Notes under the pieces: generated by a model | Database searches by the model: none | The model's input: only the letters and a program-made list of their open reading frames with translations | Told to the model about the DNA's origin: nothing | From: Catajapyx aquilonaris | Lineage: Eukaryota | Reading direction: 5' to 3' | Assembly: GCA_000934665.2 (NCBI GenBank) | Contig: KZ538109.1 | Coordinates: forward strand, 1 to 64,000 | Length of the DNA stretch: 64,000 nucleotides | Program-made: the position numbers and the translations under genes | Shown here: positions 26,986 to 39,203 of the stretch, piece after piece | How the letters are laid out: each line of letters starts with the position of its first letter | Position numbering within the stretch: the first letter of the stretch is position 1

Positions 26986-27205
26986 TAACGTCCAGCCAAT
27001 CCAGCCTCTGAACCTCACAACGTCCAGCCAATACTGACGCACCACAGTCACAGCTATACACAGCGTCACAACGTTCAATCAATCCCGCAGCTTCATCTCA
27101 CAACGTCAAGCCAATCCCTTTCAACGTCCATACGTTCAGCCAATACTGACGCACCACGTCACAGCGCCCAGCCAATCAAGCTGATCCACGTCACAGCTAG
27201 CCGAT
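26986..27205 (+). repeat. Degenerate ~31-bp tandem array (AACGTCCAGCCAAT...CCACGTCAC)
   Basis: CCAAT at 26996, 27028, 27111, 27140 and 27172, and TCAAT at 27079, each preceded by an AACGT-like word. Confidence 0.85.
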
Positions 27206-28484
27206 CCCTTCTGATGTAATCTGACACCGGCGTCTCCTGCTTCAAAATTAACCTGAACCAGGCAGGTTGTTCCCCGCTTCTTCCAACAAAGGCGGCCAGG
27301 TGCGTGAAAAGACCTGAACAACGGAAAGAATGGCGTCCCGCCGCAAGAGCACACACTATCTGAGTAATTAAAAGCAATTGGAAGGTGGGCTGACATAGTG
27401 GGTTGGGCTGAGACGTGGAGGCTTCAAGCGGGCCTCATAATTAATCCTCTCATTTCCTCTCACAGCCTTTCATGCACACTGCTGGCACAATAAATCAGAG
27501 CACTCATTTCGTCATCAAGAGTGCATTGATCTCATCCTAAACGTGCCCTCCATTGTTGAGGCTTTCTTCCTCGCCCAAGTTCGGCTCTCAATGGCCTCTT
27601 ACAATGAGCCACCCAATTGTTTGGTAATTGCCTAAAGCTAGATCCAATTTGGCAGACCACATTCAATCTAGGTGTAGTCAAGTACTATATCGTTCTATGC
27701 ACTATGCAAAATCGTCTCCTTTTGGAGTGATATAGTACATGCAGCTATCTCATCAATTATTATTCTTTACGACTCCAATAACCCTCTGCAAACTGAAATT
27801 CAGCCTACGATATACGATTGGGTCCACAAACGACGGGGGCTCATTCTTCTAAGCCTAACTTACTGCAAATGCCTGCGTTTATGAATCCTCCCCATTGGAA
27901 ACCGCTCTGTCCAAAATCCGGTCTTAAATTTTGGAGAGGGGGTTGGCCTCTCTCATCCTTCAGGAGGCAGAAAACGAACTTTTCGCAAGACGCCATAACT
28001 CGAAAATTGAGTGCGCCCTCTTTTTTATTGGCAAATAAGGGAATAATTTCTATTCGTCCAGTTAATTCTTCCTCCAGGCGTTATTTACGAGGCTCGTAAA
28101 GCAGAAGATAGGCGTTATACAGCGACGTTAATACGAGTTTATGGAAATATAGAGCTCAATATATGCCGACAAGGAGGCATTAATCATAATTAAGCGTTTA
28201 AAGGGCCTGGGGAATATAACGAGGGCTGGGAGAAGTATCAAGCCTCGTTCTCCAGACACCATCCGTGGCTCCATCTGATGATGAGTGCGGTCAATACGCG
28301 GCAGCCATATCTCAGCTCTTAGGCCGTGTCTGCTCTGCCAAGATTGCTCCCTTTAGGCATTTGTTTCGCAAGTTTTTTCTTTTTTAAAAAATGTGCAATG
28401 CGGGTATGAGCAGGGATGAATTATGCATAAGTCGGGCTCAATAGCGGTTTCTGAGAGAGCGTCTTGTAAGAGTAAGTGCTGATG

Positions 28485-28995
28485 AGTTCTTTTTCATATA
28501 AGCTCACTGGACATAGATTATTTCGCGTAATTATCATGCTACCACCAAGTAAGTACTGAAGCAACTCATATAGCAAAATTTAAGTGCATTTTGACAAAAT
28601 TTACTCGACTAAAAATTAATGTTCAGTAGAAACAGTCACCCAAGTACTTGACTATTTTCATAGAAGCTAGCTCATTGCATAGAAATTATTTCGCGTTAAT
28701 ATCACGCTATCACCAACTAACAAGTAGTACTGAATCAACTCGTAAAGCACAATTTAAGCAGATTTCCACAAAATTAATTGGAGAAAAAAATATTCAGTTG
28801 GAATTAGTTATCACCAAAATGGCTGCCGGACTCTTTTCATAATTACGCGAAATAATTCAAATTAATTTCAAATAATCAAAATTATTTCGCGTAATTATAA
28901 CACTACACTCAACTAGATAATGAATCAACTCAGGAAGCCAAGATTTTCACAAAATTAATTCGACAATTACACATTCAGTCGAGTAGTCACCTAAG
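28485..28995. repeat. Three degenerate ~165-180-bp tandem units
   Basis: TTTTCATA...ATTATTTCGCGT...TGAA(G/T)CAACTC...CAAAATT...TTCAGT...TCACC recurs three times. Confidence 0.8.
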
Positions 28996-31900
28996 GTATC
29001 TGCGTTCAAGTCCACCGTATTTTCCCGACCTCTGAACGTCACAACAACGCAACGGTGACGCCACAAAACCCTCGGCTAGAAAATAGTTGGCGCCTAGAGC
29101 CAGCTCATGTCGACACACTTTGAGGTGAAAAGGAATGGCTTCATTACCACTCCCTGCGAGCCTTTTCTTCAGTCGTCGTTACTGCGAATGTTTGCCACTT
29201 TTCAGCGGTAATTAAGGTGACTGCGGATCGGCCAAAATTAAATGAGGCCGACGGGGGTTGCGCCAACACGACGGGGGTTTTCCAGACGGTTTTACCCTAA
29301 TCTATGAGAGGACTAAGGAGCAAGGGGGGCTAACTATCACCCGGATTTTGGGAGAAGCCGTGTGCACGACAGGAATACCAAAGTTTGTTATTGCAGCTTC
29401 CCCCCCCCCTCCCCCCAAGCTGGCAAATAAAAGTTGACTTCCCAGCGATTTTTTAGAGTCGTCACGTAACGGGGTTCAAAATAGCTTTTGAACCTAACTA
29501 ATCGAATGTTGTGACGTCTCCTCGTACAACCGCTCTCAGAATATAAATCTGGCGTCTTGGCTCAAACCAAAGCCGCTCTTTGTCTCGAATTGTGTCATTT
29601 TCGCCGCCATTACTGCCTGGAGAAAAAAAAAAAGGAATAGAACCGAGCGTGTTTGCAGGTCATCCATCTTGAAGCGACCTCAGCGCCCTCTTTATTCAAT
29701 GGAAAAATGTGGGCCGGGTTGCCAAATTCTGCCCACTAAATGAACCATCAGCACATTGGCATTTTAAAAACATAGACGGGGGTGTGCGACGCAATTGAAT
29801 GTTTATTTTGCTTTTGACAAATTATAGCAGGTGACAACGCTTCATTAATTTTCGCGTCATTAACCCGGGGCTTCGGGGTGGGCCATAGTTTTGCGGACGT
29901 GCCCATGATTTTCGGTTATTTTGCGAGCCTTGCGGTGGCTAACGACAGACATGTCATTAAGCCATTTAATGCAATTGTTGCATCATATGGTCAGGGTTGC
30001 CAGTGAAAAATATCGGGTAGTGTAATTAACGAGTTCTAATGGACAAAACAGGTTGTTCCCACTGCCATCTGGCGACACTCAATCCTGTCACTTCCACTGT
30101 CGACTGTCCTCAATAATTTGTTAGTACGAGGCTCGTCAAGCACACGTGAACGACATTATCGCATGTTTCCGTGACATAACAAGCGAACTAGGTGGATGGT
30201 TGGCAAGCCTGACGACATCCTCGGCAACCAGGCGTCTACTTCTGGTCCTGGCGAGCATTCCTCAACTCCTTCAGCAGCACCGGGGGTCTCTCTGTCTCTT
30301 TTATGCTTCTGTTTGTCTCCAGCGTCTCGGAATGAAGATTTAGGAAAATTTCCCGGCAGCTGAGAGGACTAAATTAGGACGCTAATTACGGATCTTGCCA
30401 AGGCAACAAATATTTTGAAAGTAGTTACGGGTGATAAAAACAGTTTAAGAGGTTGGGTAGGGGGTAAGGGGGGTTCCCATTTGCCAACTTTTCTTAGTCA
30501 AGCCCTCCTCGAAAACCCGGGGAAAAGACAAATGGCCTTAGCGTGAATTACGGCAATTGCTTGCAGGCACTGGCTGCCTCAAAAGATGGCGGGTGGGAGG
30601 GACCGGGGGCCGAACCTGGGGGCCAACCTGGGGCGCGGGTGATGTATGGGGGACATCCGTAAAATTTCCGGGGCTGACATGCAAGGGGGAGGACTTGGAG
30701 ATGAATGGGTAGTGGTGTGTTCGGCGCCTCACACTCCGGCAGCTGCTGCCCTCGGATGCCATAATTCATTCCTGGGCCATCCGGGGGCAGGGAATGCCTG
30801 GAATAGTACTAAACCCCCCTATGGGCGGCCCCTCTTTCCACCCACACACAGATAGACATACTATACATGTAGGCAATGGGTGTCCATCATGGTCAGTCGA
30901 AGTCTGTTTGCTTCGAGTGGCCACGTTCGTAATTGGCGGCGCTGCCTGACCTCCACCATAATTACCCCTTGCAAATCACTGTCCTCCCCATAATTCCAGG
31001 TAATTGTTGGGCTCATGCTTGACTCTTTCACACACACTCCCCTATTCCCCCCCTTAAAAATCTTCATTCTCCCTCATCCGGAAGGGGGCAGCAGGGGGCT
31101 CTCGGGAAAATAATTTATGTGGAGTGTTGGTGACAAGGGCGAGATTGCTCCAAGCGGAGGAGTGCTTTCAGAGATGTTGAGCTCAGAGTGCATGGCACCG
31201 ATGAGACAAGGGGGTCGATGGCTTTAACTGGGACGGGCAATATGTCATCGGGAATGGGGGAGCCCTTTCAGTTCCAGGTGTTGTGCCGCAATTTCCTGAA
31301 ATGAAGCCCTCAACCCTCACTGTACCCCCAGCCTCTGCCGCTATCAATTAAACCAGAAAAAGCAGGCTCTTTTAACTCCCCCCTAGGGACATACGAGTGC
31401 TAGAAAACTACCAAACCAGACACACACAGGGCCGTCACACCACTCCCCATTTTCCACAAAAAAAAGCACACACACACATACTCACATATATGGTTATCAC
31501 AGATGATAAGCAGTCCGGGCGTAAAGCAAGGGCATAAATCACCGCTCAGATTTCCACTTATCACTTAATTACTACCAGCGGTCATTGCAGCGTGAAGATT
31601 TATCGGCGGGAATTGCAGAGGTATCGCTGGGCGGGGATGTTGTTTGGGATGTGTAGCGGCATGGAACCGACGAGAAAATGGGGCTATTGGGAGGGTGGGC
31701 CATGGGGAATGGACTGGTGTGATGATGCCAGGGGCCTCTTGTATCTCAGGCTGCTGTTGGGTTATCATAATACTCTGCAATAATTGCGTATTGTTGATCC
31801 GCCATGACAAAACCGCTAAAGAAACGGACCACCCTATCAATTTTGAGAGGGGTTGGCATGAAACATGGCCGCCCCTTTTTCTCCCTTTAAGCATCCAGGA

Positions 31901-34031
31901 AGGCATTCATTACAGGGGAAAAGAAATATGGCGGGGGTCCTCCCCGGGTCGCCTTCATTTGCATGGAGGGAGGACAAGAAGAGGCCTCCCGAGTCATTCT
32001 GATGAGTGCTGGATGTCTGTTTGGAAATCGGTCCACAGAACGACAGAAGACGCATTCGTGATTGTTCAGGTTGATTGTTTACAGGATGAAATTAATCGAA
32101 TGTGACCCATCACAAAGCAGGCAGTTCATTAATACTGCGTACATACATTGGACAGAGCACATGTGTGCATTGAGATGCTAATGTTACAACTAGAAAGCTA
32201 AGATCGGTGACAGATGGGAAAATCACTCCTGCTGCAGTATACAGTGCCTTCCTCCTCGTGGGAAGGTGACGCCGGGTAGTCGAAGGGAGCACATTTTTCC
32301 ACTGAGAGGCGAGAAATGGTCTGTTATAGCGAAGATGCAGTGAAAATTAGTTGGATATACCCGGAGTAACCCTTCAGATGGAACCTCCCATGAAGAATCG
32401 AGCTCCTGCTACTAGATGGCCGTACTTTGTTCCCAGCCATAACTCACTCCAACTTACAAAAAGTTTATGCCCCTGTCGCAATGTCAGCTGTCCCTCATAC
32501 CCAGGGGCCACACCCCACCCCACTAAATCACCACCCTTGCCCAGCAACTCCATCTCTGGCAGCCAGTCACACACACGCACAGTCAAGCCGCCTCGGGGCC
32601 ACTTGTCTTTTACATATACAAAACTTATCTTTTCTTATTCATGAGCAACTCCTTTCACATCTGCCGACCTGGGCCTAAAAGAAAAAGAAAAGTAGGGGCA
32701 ACAGCCTTCTGAATGCGCCCAGAAGATGGTAGCACATCAAGGAAGTTGAGTTTTTTTTAAAAAAAATTAAGGGCTCTCAAAGGGAACATAATTAAAATTT
32801 ATGAAGGGACACCCAAGTGGAGTGTGTTGCGGTTTCCCCTTTCACGCAGCAAGAGTGCTAAAGGGGTTCAGGGGCCCATCGACAATGGTTGGCGGCACGA
32901 TTCACCTTGAGAGAGTCAGGTGGTATGATAGTTGTATATAGAATAAACCGGAATGTCGTCACGTCCAACGCAAATTCACGCTTTGTTGGAGCGCGATAAA
33001 TCCTTCTGTCTGTATCCCGATTGTTTTGGGGGTGGGCGAGAGTTAAAAAATGTCATTGCCTGTGATGTATGACTTCTGAAAACCCTTATGTGGGAAGCGG
33101 TATTTGACTAGTCATTACTGAGGGTGGTCCCCCATATGCACCGCCCTTATAATGAGAATGGGCCGTGCCACGTGGAAATTATTCTGCAATTGTGGCATGT
33201 ACCGAGAATAATTCAAGGTAAATGTTATATCAGCTATTTTGAGAACATACTGACCTACACGTCGTGAAGACCCCTCTAAAATTGTAACGAAAATTGTTGG
33301 CTATCGTCCTCTATTACAGTGCACTCCAATAGTCCGTACCCATGATATTTGCCACTTTGCATTCATCTTCCTTCCTAAAGCCACTGTCACATTTTGCAAA
33401 ACGGCCAACCCCACACCCTCGCAACATCTCACTGCGGGCTATTGCTTCATTAAACAGTGTCCGACATTGACAAGGTATTTAATTAGTCGCGCGGGTAATC
33501 CCCGCGAGCACCATTAGACCAAGACGCAGGGAGTCCCCACCAGCATATATGGCCCAACGGTTCTACCATGGTAGGGGGGGATGAAAGATTTGACACTCCC
33601 AACGAGCAGTTTCTCACCTCGCGCCTCCTAAATTACGACACACATTGGATTCGGATCAAATTACCCACATAAATTGTCATTCGCCTGGCGTCCACCTCGT
33701 ATATCTCCCTCCTATAAAAAACCCCCCTGGGGTGGTCCTAGGTATACCCCTGCACCCTGGCCGTCCCACAACGCCCCTTAATTGAGTACATAACCCGACG
33801 CGAAGGATGATTTTTCATCTTTATGGGCCAGCCTAGCCCCTGTCGACCAGTGCGACGAATGCTGAGCTCAATATTTCTGCGTCCGGATTGTTTTTGTCCG
33901 GGTATAAATTCTGGCCGCGTACTGCTCCGGACGCGGTCCTGCAATCAACTGGGGGTACTGTCTGAAAGATTCGCCCCTGTCGTACTAAAAGAGTCCTGGG
34001 ATTCGCTCTGGCAGTAAACAACGGGCAAAAT

Positions 34032-34081
34032 GGCTAGCTCGGTCGGTTGAGCATGGGGTTCGAGCCCCACGTTGGGCGCCA
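34032..34081 (+). pseudogene. tRNA-Lys(CTT)-derived sequence lacking the anticodon arm and ending in genomic CCA; on the minus strand it is an LTR-retrotransposon PBS
   Basis: GGCTAGCTCGGTCGGTTGAGCATG//GGGTTCGAGCCCCACGTTGGGCG-CCA matches the 5' and 3' parts of eukaryotic tRNA-Lys(CTT), and the anticodon region is deleted. The minus strand reads ...GTTACA-AT-TGGCGCCCAACGTGGGGC, i.e. an LTR end followed by a Lys PBS. Confidence 0.8.
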
Positions 34082-34083
34082 AT

Positions 34084-34148
34084 TGTAACGTCCCCTGCCC
34101 TTTGTCACTACTCAATAGTGATCGCTGAGGCCATGACATGACCCTACA
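34084..34148 (-). mobile_element. Probable LTR remnant abutting the PBS
   Basis: The minus-strand 3' end ...CGTTACA lies 2 nt before the PBS. A possible 5' end TGTAGGG at 34148 would give only 65 bp, so the outer boundary is uncertain. Confidence 0.4.
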
Positions 34149-36210
34149 TCCCACAAGATGGTCCCACAGTAGCTCCTACCTCTTCTCCCATAAATCTGCC
34201 CCCTGTTTAATCTTGCCACCCCCACCCACGCCCCAGGAGAAGGGGGGTCCCCCAGAATAAAGAGCAGCGCCCTTCGGCCCTACTAACTCTTGCCGTCGCG
34301 AAAGAATGCAAAATTAGAGCCTCCTTTTACCAATTAACCAGAACATCTGCCCTGCTGAGTTATGGCCTCAATAAAAGAAGATTTAAAATATGAGGCACAT
34401 GGATAAGCCCAAGATTAAACTTCCTCCCTCTCTAGTCTGGCGATCGTGATAAGGCACAGTTGCCAACTTGCCAAAACTTTTCCCAGACTCTCTTTTGCTG
34501 GTGTGCTGACAAAGTGAAATGGCGAGCTTGGCCAAAAAGGGAAGGAAGGAAGGAAGGAAGGAAAGAAGTTCTTAAAAATGTCAACCAGCAAGGACAAAAC
34601 CCTGAAACCGCCACGCCCTGACTCCATAACTGTCCGCTACGGTGAAAGGAAGAAGGAACGAAAAAAGAAGAAGAAGAAAAGGGTAGGTTTTCTGTGGGTC
34701 GAATAGAAGTAGAAAAAAAATGGAACTGACTTTTGTGCCTGGCTTGTGATGTATGTTTATTGCCACTCGGTTCATATTTCAGTATTTCCCCTCCTCCTTG
34801 CCTAGCTATTCGTTATTCCGGATGATTAGTAGCGATTCAAACTGCTCTCCTGCTATCCGCTGAGCACATAAAGTCTCATTTTTCAGATGCAGCCGACCTG
34901 GTTCAAATCAGGCAACATTGCCATCAATTTTGGTCCGAATGTTCATATCAAGTAACCAAAAGTGCCCAAATGTACTGTTGTTTCAAGAGATGCGAGTTGG
35001 CAGATTTGCTAAGAGATGGTGTGGATGGACCTGGAAGGAGGCTCGTCAGTCGTGCAGGAGCCTTGGTAGAGGCTAGGTATAATAAGTCAGTTGGTGGCAA
35101 CCTATGTATTATTGGACCACGACCACGACCCAATGGGGACTCGCGGAGTCGCGGGGACGTCATGCACTGATTCCAACTATCAATGTTTCTCGAGAGAAAA
35201 TAAGTAAGACAGTGTGAAGCCGGCTTTAGTGACTCTTCAGGGTTAGGAGAGACGAACTTGAGATCATTAGCTGCTATATTAGGCTAATATTACACCATAA
35301 TTGAATATAGCTGTCCCTGTCCACGATTGAGTCATTCTGGCACCCCATGTACGGCTGTACTGGGCAATACAATTCGAGCATGATATGCAGGGTAAGGCCA
35401 CCGCTGTCATCACCTGTCCGTCCAACCTAAATCATTAACTCAGAGGGGTCCACCACACCCTACCACCCTACATCCAACGGAACAGACGGGGAGTAATGAG
35501 AACTCCTAGGGCATCCATCTAGGAGTTATTAATCTTACAGGCCCTGAGAAAAGATGGTGTGGGAGACACCGAAGACGTGCCAGGGAGGCGCAAAACAGAT
35601 GACGCTCGACTCAAAGCCCTCCGCAAACCTTTTCCGCCATGTTCCCGTTTCCTTTTCTTAAGGCTCCGGCCCCTGCTGGTGATTAATCACCCGGGGGTGT
35701 TACCCTGGACACGCCATTGAAGTTACATTAACAAAATGACGAATGGTAGGGCCCATTCGTCTTTTTCGCCAAGCCTCCTCCCCGGCCATTTTTTTTCCTT
35801 TTTTTGAAAAAAAAAAAAAACAAGTCCAGGTTCAAAGAGATCAATTTAGACAGACGGGGCCCCGACGGGTTGCCAAAGGGGCAAGTTACCAAAAAGTCCC
35901 AAGTCGCTTATGCTGGCAGGAAATTAGCACAACGAGACTCGGTAATGAGAAAGCTTCTTTTTGGGACGGCTACAAACAGTATCGCGCGTTTTACTCCAAA
36001 AAGCGATTTCCTGCTAAAGTCGCGACGAAACACATTAGACGGCAGGGAGGTAATTTGACAAAAGAGGACGAAAACTTTGGCTCCAAAACAATGTAACTTA
36101 CATTCAATAAGAAGAAGTAATTCCAAATAACGGCGAATTTTGGCTAACAGTCCCTGCTACTACCATTTAAAATTAATCATAACTTAACACATAAATATTT
36201 AAACTCTTTA

Positions 36211-36536
36211 AAATGGCAGTGATCACTTATGTGCTATTTCCAATAGCAACAACTCCTTTAGAAGTTATCCTAAATAACGATGAATTATGGATAGCAGTAA
36301 CTGCTGCTGCCATTGAATAAAAATTAAACTGCTATTTTCAATAGCAGTGATCGCGTATAGTGCTATTTCAAGTAGCAGCGACTCTTATGGGCTTATTTAA
36401 AATAGCAGTGATCACTTACATGATATTTTAAGTAGCAGCGACCACTTACGGTGCTATGTAAAATAGCAGTGATCACTTACATGCTATTAATGTAGCAGCG
36501 ACTCCTTACGGCGCTATTTCAAGTAGCAGTGATCAT
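36211..36536. repeat. ~30-bp minisatellite with palindromic units and a ~61-bp dimer structure
   Basis: AATAGCAGTGATCACTTA..TGCTATTT alternates with AGTAGCAGCGAC...TTA.GG.GCTATTT. Clearest at 36341-36535. Confidence 0.9.
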
Positions 36537-37920
36537 AACAGCAATAACTTCATACTGTATTTCGAAAGTACATAAATCCACAGTGCAGTATATAAATCTC
36601 CAGCCGTCTCCCACACACAATTTTTACAAAAATCGTAGTCCCGTAATAGGTCCGGTAATGCATCTATTCGCTACGTAATCAATTCGGAACGGACAGTCGC
36701 TTACGGGGAGAAACGTTGGAAGCTTCATTTATCTGGATAGTGATATACGCGGTGCACAGGACACGAGGGCGAGTGACTGTCCGGAATCAATGGGGGAGAA
36801 ATGATTTGGTGGGACAGGAAGAAGGGAGGAAAAAGTCTGGCGGAGGGAGGGAGGGGGTGGCAGTCGGGCAAAGATAACGCCAGGCTTCCAAGGACCGTCC
36901 CATCAAATATTTCGGGAGCGACATTGGGACGTTGTCGAGTCCGACAGTCTGCGAATTTGACAGCGCTTCCTCTTCTGTCGGCCGTCGTGATAAGGTACAG
37001 GGGGGCTGACAAAACGCGATGCGTTACGTCGCACAAAAAAAAACTATATCTGTATGGAACCTGAGAGAGAAAAGACTGCTTCTATACGCAATCTGCGCGT
37101 CAAGATTAGCGTTCACACGGTGATAGCGAGCGGCAGTAACGTTCACGCCTTATCTCAAAGGGGATGTTGCATCTCAAATCAGACACGTGTATTCTGGGTG
37201 GTCCCAATTTTTTCGGATACAAAGTCATCAAACACTGACCCTTGTGGTCCCAACAAATTATTTGCTAAAATAGGTACATACTGGTCGTTGTGCCATAGCG
37301 ACGTACTGTACATGTAAATAACTTTAATACCAATGAAAACCGGGAAATCCTACACGTGTCAGAGCATATGCTGAACTCAATGGGTGGAGCCAAGTTACAC
37401 GTTTGATTTCACGTTTGTAACACAAACTCTCTTCTCTCCCGGCCCTTACGAAACGTCAAGCATATTTCACGGCATGTTCACCCCGTGCAGCAGCCCTGTC
37501 CCCCCTAGAATCCGGCGGCATCCACTCGGTTCCACCTTGTCAGCAAGATTGGGGCAGAGAGAGCGGACCCCTGGAACCCCGTCTAGGTATTTGGAGATCC
37601 CGGCTATGCAGCAGCTCCATTGATAAGGTCTGGGGGGTAGGGTGGGCCATGAACTCCCCCCCAAAAAAAGAGGCGGGGGTGGATGGGAAGGGAGGAAAGA
37701 GGGGAGAAATATGTATGTATAGCAGGTGGCGTGATTGAAGTGGAGCCGGCCAGGCTGACAGTGACGGCGGAAAAGGGGAGATGCGATCGGACTGCTGTCT
37801 GCCGAGGTGAGAATCGCTTTGGCGTGCGTATCCTTCACTGCCACGTTCCGCAACATGCCCCTCAACCCAGGAGGAATCGGGATTGTGGAAGAGCCAAGCA
37901 CACACCTAGGGTACCAATGG

Positions 37921-38411
37921 GGGCAGCCATCTTGGTACACTTCTGACGTCACAACTACTAGTGGGGGCAACCATCTTGGTCCGCTTCATGACGTCACACC
38001 GAGAGACGGCCGTCTTGGTACTCCTAGTGACGTCACAACTACTAGTGGGGGCAGCCATTTTGGTCCGCCTCATGACGTCACACCGAGAGACGGCCGTCTT
38101 GGTACTCTTCGTGACGTCACAAGGGGCAGCCACCATCTTGGTCAGATTCATGACGTCATACCAAGAGACGGCCATCTGGTACTCTTCGTGACGTCACAAG
38201 GGGCAGCCACCATCTTGGTCATATTCATGACGTCACACCAAGAGGCGGCCATCTTGGTACGTCACAACTACTAGTGGGGGCACCCATCTTGGTCCGCCTC
38301 ATGACGCCACACCGAGAGGGCCATCTTGGTACTCCTAGTGACGTCACAAGGGGCAGCCATCTTGGTCCGTTTCATAACGTCACGGGGCAGCCATCTTGGT
38401 ACACTCATGAC
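37921..38411. repeat. Tandem array of 13 units (~34-45 bp, alternating A/B types), each CCATCTTGGT + TGACGTCA
   Basis: 13 CC(A/G)T(C/T)T(T/G)-GGT motifs, 9 perfect TGACGTCA and 3 variants. GGTAC and GGTCC/GGTCA units alternate. Confidence 0.95.
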
Positions 38412-38862
38412 AAACTTTCTCTTCCAAAACCGGAATTACCTGCAATAAAACTTCCGCAATCCAAAGGACAGCTTGGGATGTGATACCAGGCCCAGATACA
38501 CGACATAAAAGAGAAATAAAAAAGGGGGCTGGAAAATTGTGCAAGACGTCCCAAGGTGTGTCCCTTTCCTCTTCAATATGGGGAGTGAATGGCCTTCGTA
38601 AGTCTTCTTTCGGGGAGGTGGTGGATAGAGGGGGCGGAATAGAGTTGGAGAATGGTTTTTTACGCCCCTTTTATAATGCTGGTGATGTCCTGAGTCGGTT
38701 ATGGCTTCGCCCCTACGGATGACTGGACGAAAATTATGTGCAATTTGTTTCAAGTCGAGAGTGTCATCATAAGTTGGAGGTTGCTGGACGTCATCAGTGC
38801 CCCCAGGTGACGCACAGAGGACATATCGGACCTGGCTCCACCCTAAGTCATTATATTATGTA

Positions 38863-39203
38863 CTAGGCACCAACTTGCCAAAATTTGGTAAAAAAATTAG
38901 CCAAAAGTGCGAAAGTGGAGAGAGAGAGAGGGAGGGAGGGAGGGAGAGAGAGACCCACACCAGGCAGCATCATCGAAGCGACATCCGACGGTGAAGTGCA
39001 AAAGTAGGTGAGTCGCCACCCAGGAGGTGGTGCTCGGAACGGCGGAAATGGAAATTCTGTGTAACGGCCGCGGTCGTTTTTCGTTGCTGCGTATTTTGAG
39101 TTTTACAAAGTCCCTCGGCACCGTTTCCAAAAAACAAAAGTGGTTTGCAAATATAGAAAACACGGGCAACATTTTTACACCACTCCCAAAGCTATAGGCC
39201 ATA
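38863..39203 (-). mobile_element. Interspersed repeat, copy 2 (Helitron-like), with an internal (GA)n/GGGA expansion
   Basis: Has the same terminus (A|CTAGGCACCAACTTGCCAAAATTTGG) and body as 4803-5113, plus a purine microsatellite expansion at about 38917-38953. Confidence 0.7.

Noticed and set aside
34032..34081. Functional tRNA-Lys gene
   Set aside because: The anticodon arm and the 5' acceptor bases are missing, and CCA is genomically encoded.
35220..35275. bantam-like TGAGATCATT in a weak hairpin
   Set aside because: Only 10 nt match the miRNA, the 3' half differs, and the stem is short and bulged.
37921..38411. CRISPR-like repeat/spacer appearance (also 36211-36536)
   Set aside because: The spacers are repeats of one another, the context is eukaryotic, and no cas genes are present.
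37807..38483. ORFs of 155, 89, 76 and 69 aa with repeated peptides (DVTPRDG..., AAILV...)
   Set aside because: They are translations of the YY1/CRE tandem array, open in several frames and strands with indels between units.
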